A stretch of 32,000 nucleotides of DNA, from NCBI RefSeq assembly GCF_001457595.1, contig NZ_LN831039.1, positions 2,580,001 through 2,612,000 on the forward strand, in the 5' to 3' direction. This stretch comes from Mycolicibacterium smegmatis. GTDB taxonomy: Bacteria > Actinomycetota > Actinomycetes > Mycobacteriales > Mycobacteriaceae. Positions 19,414-27,258 of the stretch are shown here, piece after piece. The translations under genes and the position numbers were made by a program. The stretch's first letter is position 1. Each line of letters starts with the position of its first letter. The notes under the pieces were generated by a model. It saw only the letters and a list, made by a program, of their open reading frames with translations. It ran no database searches and was not told where the DNA came from.

Positions 19414-20799
19414 ATGACTGCGATTCAAGAGTCCACGCTGCTGCCCAACGGCCTGACCGTTGACACGGCCAAGGCGGAGGCGGCACGGGCCTACGAGCTC
19501 GACCGCGCCCACGTGTTCCACTCCTGGTCCGCCCAGGAGGAGATCTCCCCGATGACCGTCACCGCCGCGCAGGGGTCGTACCTGTGGGACGGCGACGGCA
19601 ACCGGCTGCTGGACTTCTCCAGCCAGCTGGTCAACACCAACATCGGCCATCAGCACCCGAAAGTCGTTGCCGCCATTGCCGAGCAGGCCGCCAAGCTGTG
19701 CACGGTGGCACCGCAGCACGCCAACGCGGCGCGCTCGGAGGCGGCGCGGCTCATCGCCGAGCGCACCCCTGGTGAACTGAACAAGATCTTCTTCACCAAC
19801 GGTGGCGCCGACGCGGTCGAGCACGCCGTGCGCATGGCGCGGCTGCACACCGGCCGCTACAAGGTGCTCTCGCGGTACCGCGCCTACCACGGCGGCACCG
19901 ACACCGCGATCAACCTGACCGGTGACCCGCGCCGCTGGCCCAACGACCGCGGCAACTCGGGGATCGTGCACTTCAACGGGCCGTTCCTGTACCGCTCGTC
20001 GTTCTACGCCGAGACCGAGGAGCAGGAATCCCAGCGCGCGCTGGAGTACCTGGAGAAACTCATCCAGATGGAGGGCCCGTCCACCATCGCCGCGATCATC
20101 CTGGAGTCCATCCCGGGCACCGCGGGCATCATGGTGCCGCCGCCCGGATACCTGGCGGGCGTGCGTGAGCTGTGCACCCGCTACGGCATCGTGTTCATCG
20201 CCGACGAGGTGATGGCGGGCTTCGGACGCAGCGGAAAGTGGTTCTCCATCAACCACTTCGACGTCGTTCCTGACCTGATGACGTTCGCCAAGGGGGTCAA
20301 CTCGGGTTACGTGCCGCTCGGCGGCGTGGCGATCAGCCCGGAGATCTACGAGACCTTCGCGCACCGGGCCTACCCGGGCGGGCTGACCTACTCGGGTCAT
20401 CCGCTGGCGTGTGCGGCGGCCGTGGCGACCATCAACGCGATGGAAGACGAGGGCATGGTCGAGAACGCGGCCAAGGTGGGCGCCGAGGTCATCGGCCCCG
20501 GCCTGGCCGAGTTGGCCGCCAAGCACCGCAGCGTCGGTGAGGTCCGCGGCCTCGGCGTGTTCTGGGCCGTCGAACTGGTCAAGGACCAGAAGACGCGGGA
20601 ACCGTTGGCGCCCTATGGTTCTTCGAGCCCGGCCATGAACGCCGTCATCGCGGCGTGCAAGTCCGGTGGCCTGCTGCCGTTCGCCAACTTCAACCGCATC
20701 CACGTCGTGCCGCCGTGCAACGTCTCGGCCGACGAGGCGCGTGAGGGCCTGGCGATCCTGGACTCTGCGCTCGACGTCGCCGACGAGCACACCGTCTGA
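19414..20799 (+). CDS. Class III PLP-dependent omega-aminotransferase (beta-alanine/taurine/GABA-type, substrate unresolved)
   Basis: FTNGGADAVEHAVRMAR, LSRYRAYHGGT, IADEVMAGFGRSGKWFSINHF, TFAKGVNSGYVPLGGV, GLTYSGHPLACAAA. Confidence 0.9.
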   Translation: MTAIQESTLLPNGLTVDTAKAEAARAYELDRAHVFHSWSAQEEISPMTVTAAQGSYLWDGDGNRLLDFSSQLVNTNIGHQHPKVVAAIAEQAAKLCTVAPQHANAARSEAARLIAERTPGELNKIFFTNGGADAVEHAVRMARLHTGRYKVLSRYRAYHGGTDTAINLTGDPRRWPNDRGNSGIVHFNGPFLYRSSFYAETEEQESQRALEYLEKLIQMEGPSTIAAIILESIPGTAGIMVPPPGYLAGVRELCTRYGIVFIADEVMAGFGRSGKWFSINHFDVVPDLMTFAKGVNSGYVPLGGVAISPEIYETFAHRAYPGGLTYSGHPLACAAAVATINAMEDEGMVENAAKVGAEVIGPGLAELAAKHRSVGEVRGLGVFWAVELVKDQKTREPLAPYGSSSPAMNAVIAACKSGGLLPFANFNRIHVVPPCNVSADEAREGLAILDSALDVADEHTV

Positions 20800-20810
20800 C
20801 ATCTGTGCCG

Positions 20811-20852
20811 AAATGCCCGGCCGTGCGAGAGATCGCGCGGCCGGGCATTTTT
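20811..20852 (+). terminator. Rho-independent terminator after the aminotransferase gene
   Basis: Perfect 13-bp stem AAATGCCCGGCCG / CGGCCGGGCATTT (20811-20823 and 20838-20850) followed by TT. Confidence 0.85.
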
Positions 20853-20912
20853 CGTGCTCGACAGAAATTCACGACCATGGACGCAATCTCACCGTCGACT
20901 TGAGACACTGGG

Positions 20913-21689
20913 GTGGTGCGTTCACATGCCCAGTGCTGGCTGACCGATATGGATGGTGTCCTGGTGCGCGAGGAACACGCGCTGCCAGGAGCCGCGGAGT
21001 TCCTGCAAACCCTGGTCGACAAGGAGCGGCCGTTTCTGGTTCTGACAAACAATTCGATCTTCACCCCGCGCGATCTCGCGGCCCGGCTCGCGCGTTCGGG
21101 CCTGACGGTGCCAGAAAGCTCGATCTGGACCTCGGCGCTCGCGACCGCCGCGTTCCTCGACGGTCAGTTGCCGGGCGGTTCGGCGTACGTGATCGGGGAG
21201 GCCGGGCTGACGACGGCCCTGCACGAGGTCGGTTACACCCTGACCGATGTGGAGCCGGATTTCGTCGTGCTGGGGGAGACCCGCACGTATTCGTTCGAGG
21301 CGATCACCCGCGCGATCCGGCTCATCCTCGGCGGTGCCCGGTTCATCGCGACCAACCCCGACGTGACCGGCCCCTCTGCCGAGGGGCCGCTGCCCGCCAC
21401 CGGCTCGGTCGCGGCCATGATCACCAAGGCCACCGGCCGCGAACCCTACTTCGTCGGCAAGCCCAATCCGATGATGTTCCGCAGCGCGCTCAACCGCATC
21501 GAGGCGCATTCGGAGAACACGGTCATGGTCGGCGACCGCATGGACACCGACGTGGTGGCCGGTATCGAGGCCGGCCTGGACACCATCCTGGTGCTCACCG
21601 GGTCGACGGCGGTCGAGGACATCGAGCGTTATCCGTTCCGGCCCAGCCGTGTGCTGCCGTCGATCGCAGAGGCCATCGAACTGATATGA
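20913..21689 (+). CDS. HAD-superfamily hydrolase, NagD-like (class IIA)
   Basis: WLTDMDGVLVREEHALPGAAEFL, FLVLTNNS, GKPNPMMFRSAL, VMVGDRMDTDVVAGIEAGLDTILVLTG. Confidence 0.93.
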   Translation: MVRSHAQCWLTDMDGVLVREEHALPGAAEFLQTLVDKERPFLVLTNNSIFTPRDLAARLARSGLTVPESSIWTSALATAAFLDGQLPGGSAYVIGEAGLTTALHEVGYTLTDVEPDFVVLGETRTYSFEAITRAIRLILGGARFIATNPDVTGPSAEGPLPATGSVAAMITKATGREPYFVGKPNPMMFRSALNRIEAHSENTVMVGDRMDTDVVAGIEAGLDTILVLTGSTAVEDIERYPFRPSRVLPSIAEAIELI

Positions 21690-21705
21690 CACGAACTGAT
21701 ATGAC
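21677..21705. repeat. Tandem direct repeat CGAACTGATATGAC, 15-bp period
   Basis: Two perfect 14-bp copies (21677-21690, 21692-21705); the first spans the HAD gene's stop codon. Confidence 0.85.
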
Positions 21706-21728
21706 CCCGTTGAAGTGAACCGGTTGAC

Positions 21729-22148
21729 ATGAGCCTGGATGTCGAGCTGATCGGCGTGCCCTTCGACGGGTACGGGCGGCTCGGCAACCAGGCCCGCGCG
21801 GCCGAGGCGCTACGCAGCGCGGGGATCGCGGGAGCGTTCGGCGCTGCTCGGTCTGACCGGACACACCCTCGAAGGCCCTCTGCGCGAGGCGGTTTCAGTG
21901 TTGCCGCGGGACCGGGTCGTGGTGCTCGGGCCGCGTGATGAGAAGTGGCGCGCACAGTTCGACGTCGGCACGCTCGCGGGCTGCGGTGGGAACAGTTGGC
22001 CGAGGTGGCCGGTACCGTGCTGTCGACCGGACGGTGCGCAGGTCTGAGCCTGGTCATCTACGACCCGGACCAGGATCCCGACGCCGCCGATGCCCGGCGG
22101 ATCGTGGCGTTTCTGACAGACGTGATGCGCCGATCACCCGCCCGCTGA
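21729..22148 (+). pseudogene. Decayed arginase/agmatinase-family gene (internally deleted and frameshifted)
   Basis: N-terminal MSLDVELIGVPFDGYGRLGNQARAAEALRSAG is in frame 3. Central-like SALLGLTGHTLEGPLREAVSVLPRDRVVVLGPRDEKWRAQFDVGTLAG is in a different frame. C-terminal-like WEQLAEVAGTVLSTGRCAGLSLVIYDPDQDPDAADARRIVAFL is back in the first frame. Metal-ligand motifs (GGDHS, DxHxD, DxDxxDP) are absent. Confidence 0.7.
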
Positions 22149-22176
22149 GCATGTGGATTGTGGCCCGCTCATACGC

Positions 22177-22197
22177 GATCGCATAGAGTATCCAATC
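22177..22197. promoter_or_regulatory. Candidate GntR operator (half-conserved), GATCGCATAGAGTATCCAATC
   Basis: Its reverse complement, GATTGGATACTCTATGCGATC, shares GATTGGATAC(A/T)CTAT with the palindrome at 24067-24085; lies 20 bp upstream of the GntR start. Confidence 0.6.
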
Positions 22198-22216
22198 TGA
22201 GCGAAAGCGAGATTGC

Positions 22217-22951
22217 ATGGCGCCGCGAACAGCATCCAAGAGCAGCAGCCCGGCCCGGACCGCCAAGGCCGCGGCCACCCGGGCCGACTTCGTGCGCCCC
22301 AAGACGGCCCAGCAGGCCGTGGCCGAGGTGCTGCGGCGGGACATCACCAGCGGCAAGCTCGCACCCGGCAGCTGGATCGTCCAGGAGAGCCTGGCCGAAC
22401 AGTTCGGCCTCTCGCGCATCCCGATCCGGGAGGCGCTGAAGACGCTGGAGGCCGAGGAGTACATCACCTACGTGCCCCACAGCGGCTACCGCGTGGCCAA
22501 ACTGGGGCTCGACGAACTCCTCGAGGTGTTCCGGCTGCGCGACCTCCTGGAGGCCGAACTCATCCGCGACGCCATGCCCGCGGTCACCGACGACATCGTG
22601 GACCTCATGCGCGAGCAGATGGACGACATGGACCGGGCCGCCGAGAAGGGCGACCTGATCGCGCTGGGGTTGGCCAACCGGCAGTTCCACTTCCTGACGT
22701 TCGAGACCAGCACACTCGCGCGCACCAGGCGCATCGTCACCCAGCTGTGGAACACCGCCGACGCCTACCGCCCGCTGTATGCGCACCTCATGGATCTGTC
22801 CAAGGTCAACACCGAGCACATCCTGCTGGTCGACGCGTTCGTGGCGCGCGATGCCGAGCGCGCCGTGGCGATCAACCATGAACACCGCCAGCAGGCGATC
22901 GGCCATCTGCACACCGTATTCGGCGACGAAAAGTCCGAAGACGCCTCATGA
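22217..22951 (+). CDS. GntR-family regulator, FadR/FCD subfamily
   Basis: RPKTAQQAVAEVLRRDITSGKLAPGSWIVQESLAEQFGLSRIPIREALKTLEAEEYITYVPHSGYRVA followed by an FCD-like helical domain. Confidence 0.93.
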   Translation: MAPRTASKSSSPARTAKAAATRADFVRPKTAQQAVAEVLRRDITSGKLAPGSWIVQESLAEQFGLSRIPIREALKTLEAEEYITYVPHSGYRVAKLGLDELLEVFRLRDLLEAELIRDAMPAVTDDIVDLMREQMDDMDRAAEKGDLIALGLANRQFHFLTFETSTLARTRRIVTQLWNTADAYRPLYAHLMDLSKVNTEHILLVDAFVARDAERAVAINHEHRQQAIGHLHTVFGDEKSEDAS

Positions 22952-23409
22952 GTGTCCGGGAGAGACTGTCCGCGTTGGGAATCGAGATTCCCCCGCCCGC
23001 GGAACCGAAAGGTGCGTACTTCCCGAGCCGGCTGGTCGGCGACCAGTTGTGGATCTCCGGGACGACGTCACGGCGGCCCACCGAACCGGGCGCGTTCGGG
23101 ACGGTCGGTGAGGACGTCACGCCCGAGCAGGCGGAAAAACATGCGGGGTACGCGGCGCTGAACCTGATCGCCGCCGTCGACGCGGCCGTCGGTCTCGAGG
23201 CGGTACGCGGGCTCGTCCTTCTGCGCGGCTATGTGCGCGCGTCGCCGCATTTCGACAGCCACCCCGCCGTGATCGACGGCGCGTCGAGAATGCTCATGGA
23301 CGTGTTCGGCGAGCAGCGCGGTGCGCATGCCCGCACGGCCGTCGGGGTGGCGTCGTTGCCGGGTGGGGCATGCGTGGAACTCGAACTCGTCGCATCGGTG
23401 CGGCCCTGA
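22948..23409 (+). CDS. RidA/YjgF/YER057c/UK114-family protein
   Basis: SALGIEIPPPAEPKGAYFPSRLVGDQLWISGTTSRRP, AALNLIAAVDAAVG, RMLMDVFGEQRGAHARTAVGVASLPGGACVELELVASV; 4-bp ATGA overlap with gntR. Confidence 0.87.
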   Translation: MSVRERLSALGIEIPPPAEPKGAYFPSRLVGDQLWISGTTSRRPTEPGAFGTVGEDVTPEQAEKHAGYAALNLIAAVDAAVGLEAVRGLVLLRGYVRASPHFDSHPAVIDGASRMLMDVFGEQRGAHARTAVGVASLPGGACVELELVASVRP

Positions 23410-23411
23410 GG

Positions 23412-24008
23412 TCACGCCACGCGTTCGGCGGTGCGCCCGAGCGCGAGACCGAGGGCGACCCCGGCGATCGCGGTCAACACGATTGCGAGCCAATCCGTTT
23501 CGTGGTCCGCTACGCGCGTGACCGGCGCCGAAGCGAGGGCGGAGGCGGGCGCCGACGCGCCGGCGGGCGTGCTGATGGCCGCGTTGAGCCTGGTGACGAA
23601 CTGGCCGATGATCCGGTTGCCCACCTGCGATATCACGGGACTGCCGAATTGCGATATGCGGCCGCCGAGTTCGAGATCGGTGTGTACGGTCACCTGCGCG
23701 CGGCCCGCGTCGTCGCGGGCGGAGATCCGCACTACGGCCTCGGCGGAGCCCTGCCCCTTGCGGTCGCGCGCGGCGCCGCGCACCACCATCTGGTGGGTCG
23801 TGTCGTCACGGCTGACCACGGTCGCGGTGCCCGTGAGGGTCAACCCGACCGGTCCCACCTTCACGCCGACCCTGGCGCGGTAGTCGTCACCGTCGTGACC
23901 TTCGAGTTCGGCGCCGGGTACGCACCCGATGACGAGTGGAATGTCGGTGAGGGCCGACCAGGCGGTGCCGAGTGGTGCGTCGACGGAGAACTCGTTGATC
24001 AGTTGCAC
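23412..24008 (-). CDS. CoxG-like SRPBCC-domain protein with C-terminal TM segment
   Basis: MQLINEFSVDAPLGTAWSALTDIPLVIGCVPGAELEGHDGDDYRARVGVKVGPVGLTLTGTATVVSRDD; C-terminal hydrophobic DWLAIVLTAIAGVALGLALGR. Confidence 0.88.
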   Translation of the reverse strand: MQLINEFSVDAPLGTAWSALTDIPLVIGCVPGAELEGHDGDDYRARVGVKVGPVGLTLTGTATVVSRDDTTHQMVVRGAARDRKGQGSAEAVVRISARDDAGRAQVTVHTDLELGGRISQFGSPVISQVGNRIIGQFVTRLNAAISTPAGASAPASALASAPVTRVADHETDWLAIVLTAIAGVALGLALGRTAERVA

Positions 24009-24068
24009 TGCGATCTCTTCTCTGTATTTTCCGTTTCCGGTTGTGTGACCTGAACAACCCCCTTACGA

Positions 24069-24085
24069 TTGGATACACTATCCAA
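24069..24085. promoter_or_regulatory. Candidate GntR operator, perfect inverted repeat TTGGATA-CAC-TATCCAA
   Basis: 7-bp perfect arms, 3-bp spacer, 18 bp upstream of the LLM gene start and within the divergent CoxG/LLM promoter region. Confidence 0.7.
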
Positions 24086-24103
24086 CGTCGTTCCAGGGAG
24101 TCG

Positions 24104-25102
24104 ATGGTGCTGAGCAAGGGTGTCGGTCTCTTCCCGACCGAACCGGTGGGTGCGATGCGCGAATACGTGGGGCTCTGCGAGTCGCTCGGGTATGACAACG
24201 TGTGGTTCGGCGACTCCCAGAACATCTGGCGCGAGTCGTCGACCGTGATGGGCGCGGCCGCGGTCGGAACGGAACGCATCGTGTTCGGCACCGGTGTCAC
24301 CAACGCGGTCACGCGCCACACGTCGCTGCTGGCGTCCACCTGGGCGACACTCGCCGAGTTCACCGGAGGGCGCGTGGCGCTGGGCATCGGAACCGGTGAC
24401 TCCTCGCTGCGGACCATGGGGCTCAAGCCGCAGAGGCTGGCCGAGCTGGAGAAGTCCGTCAGCGATCTGCGTGCCCTCTTCCGGGGCGAGAAGGTCGCCG
24501 AGGCGACCAGTGGCGCCGAGTACCACTTGAACTACCTGAGCGAACCGGTCGACATCCCCATCTACATCGCCGCCTCCGCGCCGAAGATCCTGCGGATGTC
24601 CGGTCGCATCGCCGACGGGGTCATCGTGCTGGTGGGTACCGCCCCGCATTTCATCGAGGCGGCGCTGGAGACCATCGCGGCCGGGGCCGCCGAGAGCGGC
24701 CGCACCCTCGACGATCTCCACATCGTGTTGTGGACCCCCACGGCGATCGACGACGACCGCACCAAGGCCAGGGACCTGGTACGGGCCCACGTGTCACGCG
24801 TGGCGATCCGGCCGTTGCCTGCCAAGGTGGCACCCGAACTGGAAGAGGCGATCGACCGGATCCGCACGTCCTACAACTACTACGAGCACATGAACACCGA
24901 GGCGTCGCACGCCGATCTCGTGCCCGACGAACTCGTCGACCTGTTCGCGCTGGCGGGTACGCCGGCCGAATGCGGACAACGGCTCAAGGAGATCGAGGCT
25001 CTCGGGGTGGATCAGGTGTCGATCGTCCCGTTCGTCCGGCCCGGTGAGAGCCGGGCGCCGACGATCCGGACGTTCGCCGAACTCGTGGGCGGCCATGGCT
25101 GA
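24104..25102 (+). CDS. LLM-class (luciferase-like) flavin-dependent oxidoreductase, possibly F420-dependent
   Basis: GLFPTEPVGAMREYVGLCESLGYDNVWFGDSQNIWRE, RIVFGTGVTNAVTRHTSLLASTWATLAEFTGGRVALGIGTGDSSLRTMGLKP, PIYIAASAPKILRMSGRIADGVIV. Confidence 0.9.
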   Translation: MVLSKGVGLFPTEPVGAMREYVGLCESLGYDNVWFGDSQNIWRESSTVMGAAAVGTERIVFGTGVTNAVTRHTSLLASTWATLAEFTGGRVALGIGTGDSSLRTMGLKPQRLAELEKSVSDLRALFRGEKVAEATSGAEYHLNYLSEPVDIPIYIAASAPKILRMSGRIADGVIVLVGTAPHFIEAALETIAAGAAESGRTLDDLHIVLWTPTAIDDDRTKARDLVRAHVSRVAIRPLPAKVAPELEEAIDRIRTSYNYYEHMNTEASHADLVPDELVDLFALAGTPAECGQRLKEIEALGVDQVSIVPFVRPGESRAPTIRTFAELVGGHG

Positions 25103-25412
25103 TCCGGCAACCGAGCAGCGCACGTTCCCGGCGCCGGGCAGCGCCGTCCCCGGTGCGCCACCTCCGTTGCGGCGGCCACTCACGCCTGCCGACGGGGTCC
25201 CGGTCGGACCCCGCCCCGAAACCGCTGCGGTACCTGCCGATCCGCCGTCGCACGGTGTGCCCGCGGCACGCGACACCACGGGGGCGCGCTTCACGGCCGC
25301 GGCGGCGCTCTTCGGCATCGCGGTCGGTCTGGAACTGGCCGGCCTGCTGAGCACTCGCGCGCGGTCTTTCCGCCGCAGACATGTCGAACCCAGATCACAC
25401 CGGCTCGTATAG
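25095..25412 (+). CDS. Small hypothetical protein, Pro/Ala-rich with one predicted TM segment
   Basis: Overlaps the LLM stop (ATGGCTGA); MADPATEQRTF...; TM-like RFTAAAALFGIAVGLELAGLL then basic RARSFRRR. Confidence 0.6.
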   Translation: MADPATEQRTFPAPGSAVPGAPPPLRRPLTPADGVPVGPRPETAAVPADPPSHGVPAARDTTGARFTAAAALFGIAVGLELAGLLSTRARSFRRRHVEPRSHRLV

Positions 25413-25446
25413 AACACCCGAATTCCCCTACCGGAGGTTGCGTCAG

Positions 25447-26427
25447 ATGTCCTGGTTCCCCAAAGTCCTGGCCGTGGCAGGCACTGCCGCCGCCCTCGTG
25501 CTCGGTTCGACGGCATGCGCCGACGAGTCCGCCGGTCCCACGAGCGATACGAGCACCCTGAGCATCTCGGCGACCGGCGTCGACAGCCTGCCGTTCATGG
25601 CGATCCTTCAGGTGGGCATCGACAAGGGCTGGTTCAAAGAAGAAGGCCTCGACGTCGACCTGTACTCCGGAGGTGGCGGCGGCAACACGCTGCGCGTGGT
25701 CACCAGCGGTGACGCCGACATGGCGATCGCGGGCAACACGTCGGTGATCCTTGCTGCGCAGCAGCCCAATTCGAACCTCAAGGTCATCGCGCCGTGGTTC
25801 CAGATCAACGACTTCTCGTGGATCAGCCCGCCCGGTCGCAAGCTCGAAGGCGCCACGCTGGGGTTCAGCTCAGCGGGGTCGTCCACCGAGCTGATCGTGA
25901 AGGGCCTCGAGCGTGAACTCGGCGTCAAGTCCCAGGCCGTGGGTCCGATGGGCGACAACTGGACGGCCGCGAAGGCCGGCCAGATCACCGCCGGCTGGGC
26001 CATGCAGCCGTTCATCGCCGACAAGCAGGCGACGGAGAACGCAGAAGTGCTGGTCGATTCGCGGGAGGTCATCGGTGACATGCCCGCCGACCTCGTGGCG
26101 ATCAACACCGAGTACGCCGAGCAGAACCCGGACAACGTCCGCAAGTTCTTCACCGTCGCCGACCGGCTGAACAAGTGGCTGGTGGACAACACGGACGAGG
26201 CCGCCGACGCGATCGCTCCGCTGGTCGGGGTCAGCCCCGAGATCATGAAGTCGGCGTTCGAGAGCAATCCCGATCTCGCCAAGGGATATTCGTTGAAGGT
26301 CGACGCCGAGGGGCTGCGCAACCTGTCGGAGCTGATGGTGGCCGCCGGGCAGATCCCCGAGCCGATCGACTGGGCGTCGACGCTGGATCAGCAGTACCTG
26401 CCCGACGACGCCCGCGCCGAGCTCTGA
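25447..26427 (+). CDS. ABC transporter substrate-binding lipoprotein, NrtA/SsuA/TauA-like
   Basis: Lipobox-like VLGSTAC; DSLPFMAILQVGIDKGWFKEEGLDVDLYSGGGGGNTLRVVTSGDADMAIAGNTSVILA. Confidence 0.9.
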   Translation: MSWFPKVLAVAGTAAALVLGSTACADESAGPTSDTSTLSISATGVDSLPFMAILQVGIDKGWFKEEGLDVDLYSGGGGGNTLRVVTSGDADMAIAGNTSVILAAQQPNSNLKVIAPWFQINDFSWISPPGRKLEGATLGFSSAGSSTELIVKGLERELGVKSQAVGPMGDNWTAAKAGQITAGWAMQPFIADKQATENAEVLVDSREVIGDMPADLVAINTEYAEQNPDNVRKFFTVADRLNKWLVDNTDEAADAIAPLVGVSPEIMKSAFESNPDLAKGYSLKVDAEGLRNLSELMVAAGQIPEPIDWASTLDQQYLPDDARAEL

Positions 26428-26457
26428 GCACACCGCATCTACCCCGAAGAGGCAGCT

Positions 26458-27258
26458 ATGGATCGTGACGGTATCCGCATCGAGGACGTATCGGTCGTGT
26501 TCGATGTTCCGGCAGGCAAGGTGACCGCGGTGGCCGGCATCGACCAGCATGTCCCGCACGCGAGCTTCGTGTCGATCGTCGGCCCGAGTGGATGCGGCAA
26601 GTCCACCCTGCTGGCCGTCATCGCCGGTCTGCAGAAGGCCTCCACGGGGCAGGTGCGCGTGGCGGGCAAGCCGGTGACGGGGCCGGACCCCTCGATCGGC
26701 GTTGTGTTCCAGGAGGATTCGACGCTCCCGTGGCGCACCGTGGAGGAGAACGTCGCGTTCGCCATGGAGATGATCGGCGTGGAAAAAGCCGAACGCAGGC
26801 AGCGTGCCAGGAAGGCGATCGAGCTCGTCGGGCTCGACGGATTCGAGAAGTCCTACCCGTCGATGCTGTCGGGCGGTATGCGGCAACGCGTCGCGCTCGC
26901 ACGTACGCTTGCCGTGGAGCCCGAGGTGGTGCTGATGGACGAGCCGTTCGCGGCGCTGGACCAGCAGACACGGCTGTTCCTCGGCGCCGAGATCCGGCAG
27001 ATCTGGGCACGCACGCACCAGACCATCGTGTTCGTCACGCACGACATCTCCGAGGCGATCCTGCTGTCGCAACAGGTCTGGGTGATGTCGTACCGGCCGG
27101 GCTCGATCATCGACGTCGTCGACATCGACCTGCCCGCCGAACGTGACGCGAGCATGGTCTCGACGCCTGAGTTCAACGAGTTGCAGAACCGGATCTGGAC
27201 GTCGCTGCAGGCCGAGTCCATGCGGGGCTTCAAGCAGCAGGAGACGGCCACGACGTGA
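26458..27258 (+). CDS. ABC transporter ATP-binding protein, SsuB/TauB-like
   Basis: Walker A GPSGCGKST, Q-loop FQEDSTLPWRTVEENV, signature LSGGMRQRVALART, Walker B VVLMDEPFAALD. Confidence 0.96.
   Translation: MDRDGIRIEDVSVVFDVPAGKVTAVAGIDQHVPHASFVSIVGPSGCGKSTLLAVIAGLQKASTGQVRVAGKPVTGPDPSIGVVFQEDSTLPWRTVEENVAFAMEMIGVEKAERRQRARKAIELVGLDGFEKSYPSMLSGGMRQRVALARTLAVEPEVVLMDEPFAALDQQTRLFLGAEIRQIWARTHQTIVFVTHDISEAILLSQQVWVMSYRPGSIIDVVDIDLPAERDASMVSTPEFNELQNRIWTSLQAESMRGFKQQETATT

Noticed and set aside
19372-20802. 476-aa minus-strand ORF antisense to the aminotransferase
   Set aside because: Same shadow-ORF pattern; the plus strand has strong class III aminotransferase motifs.
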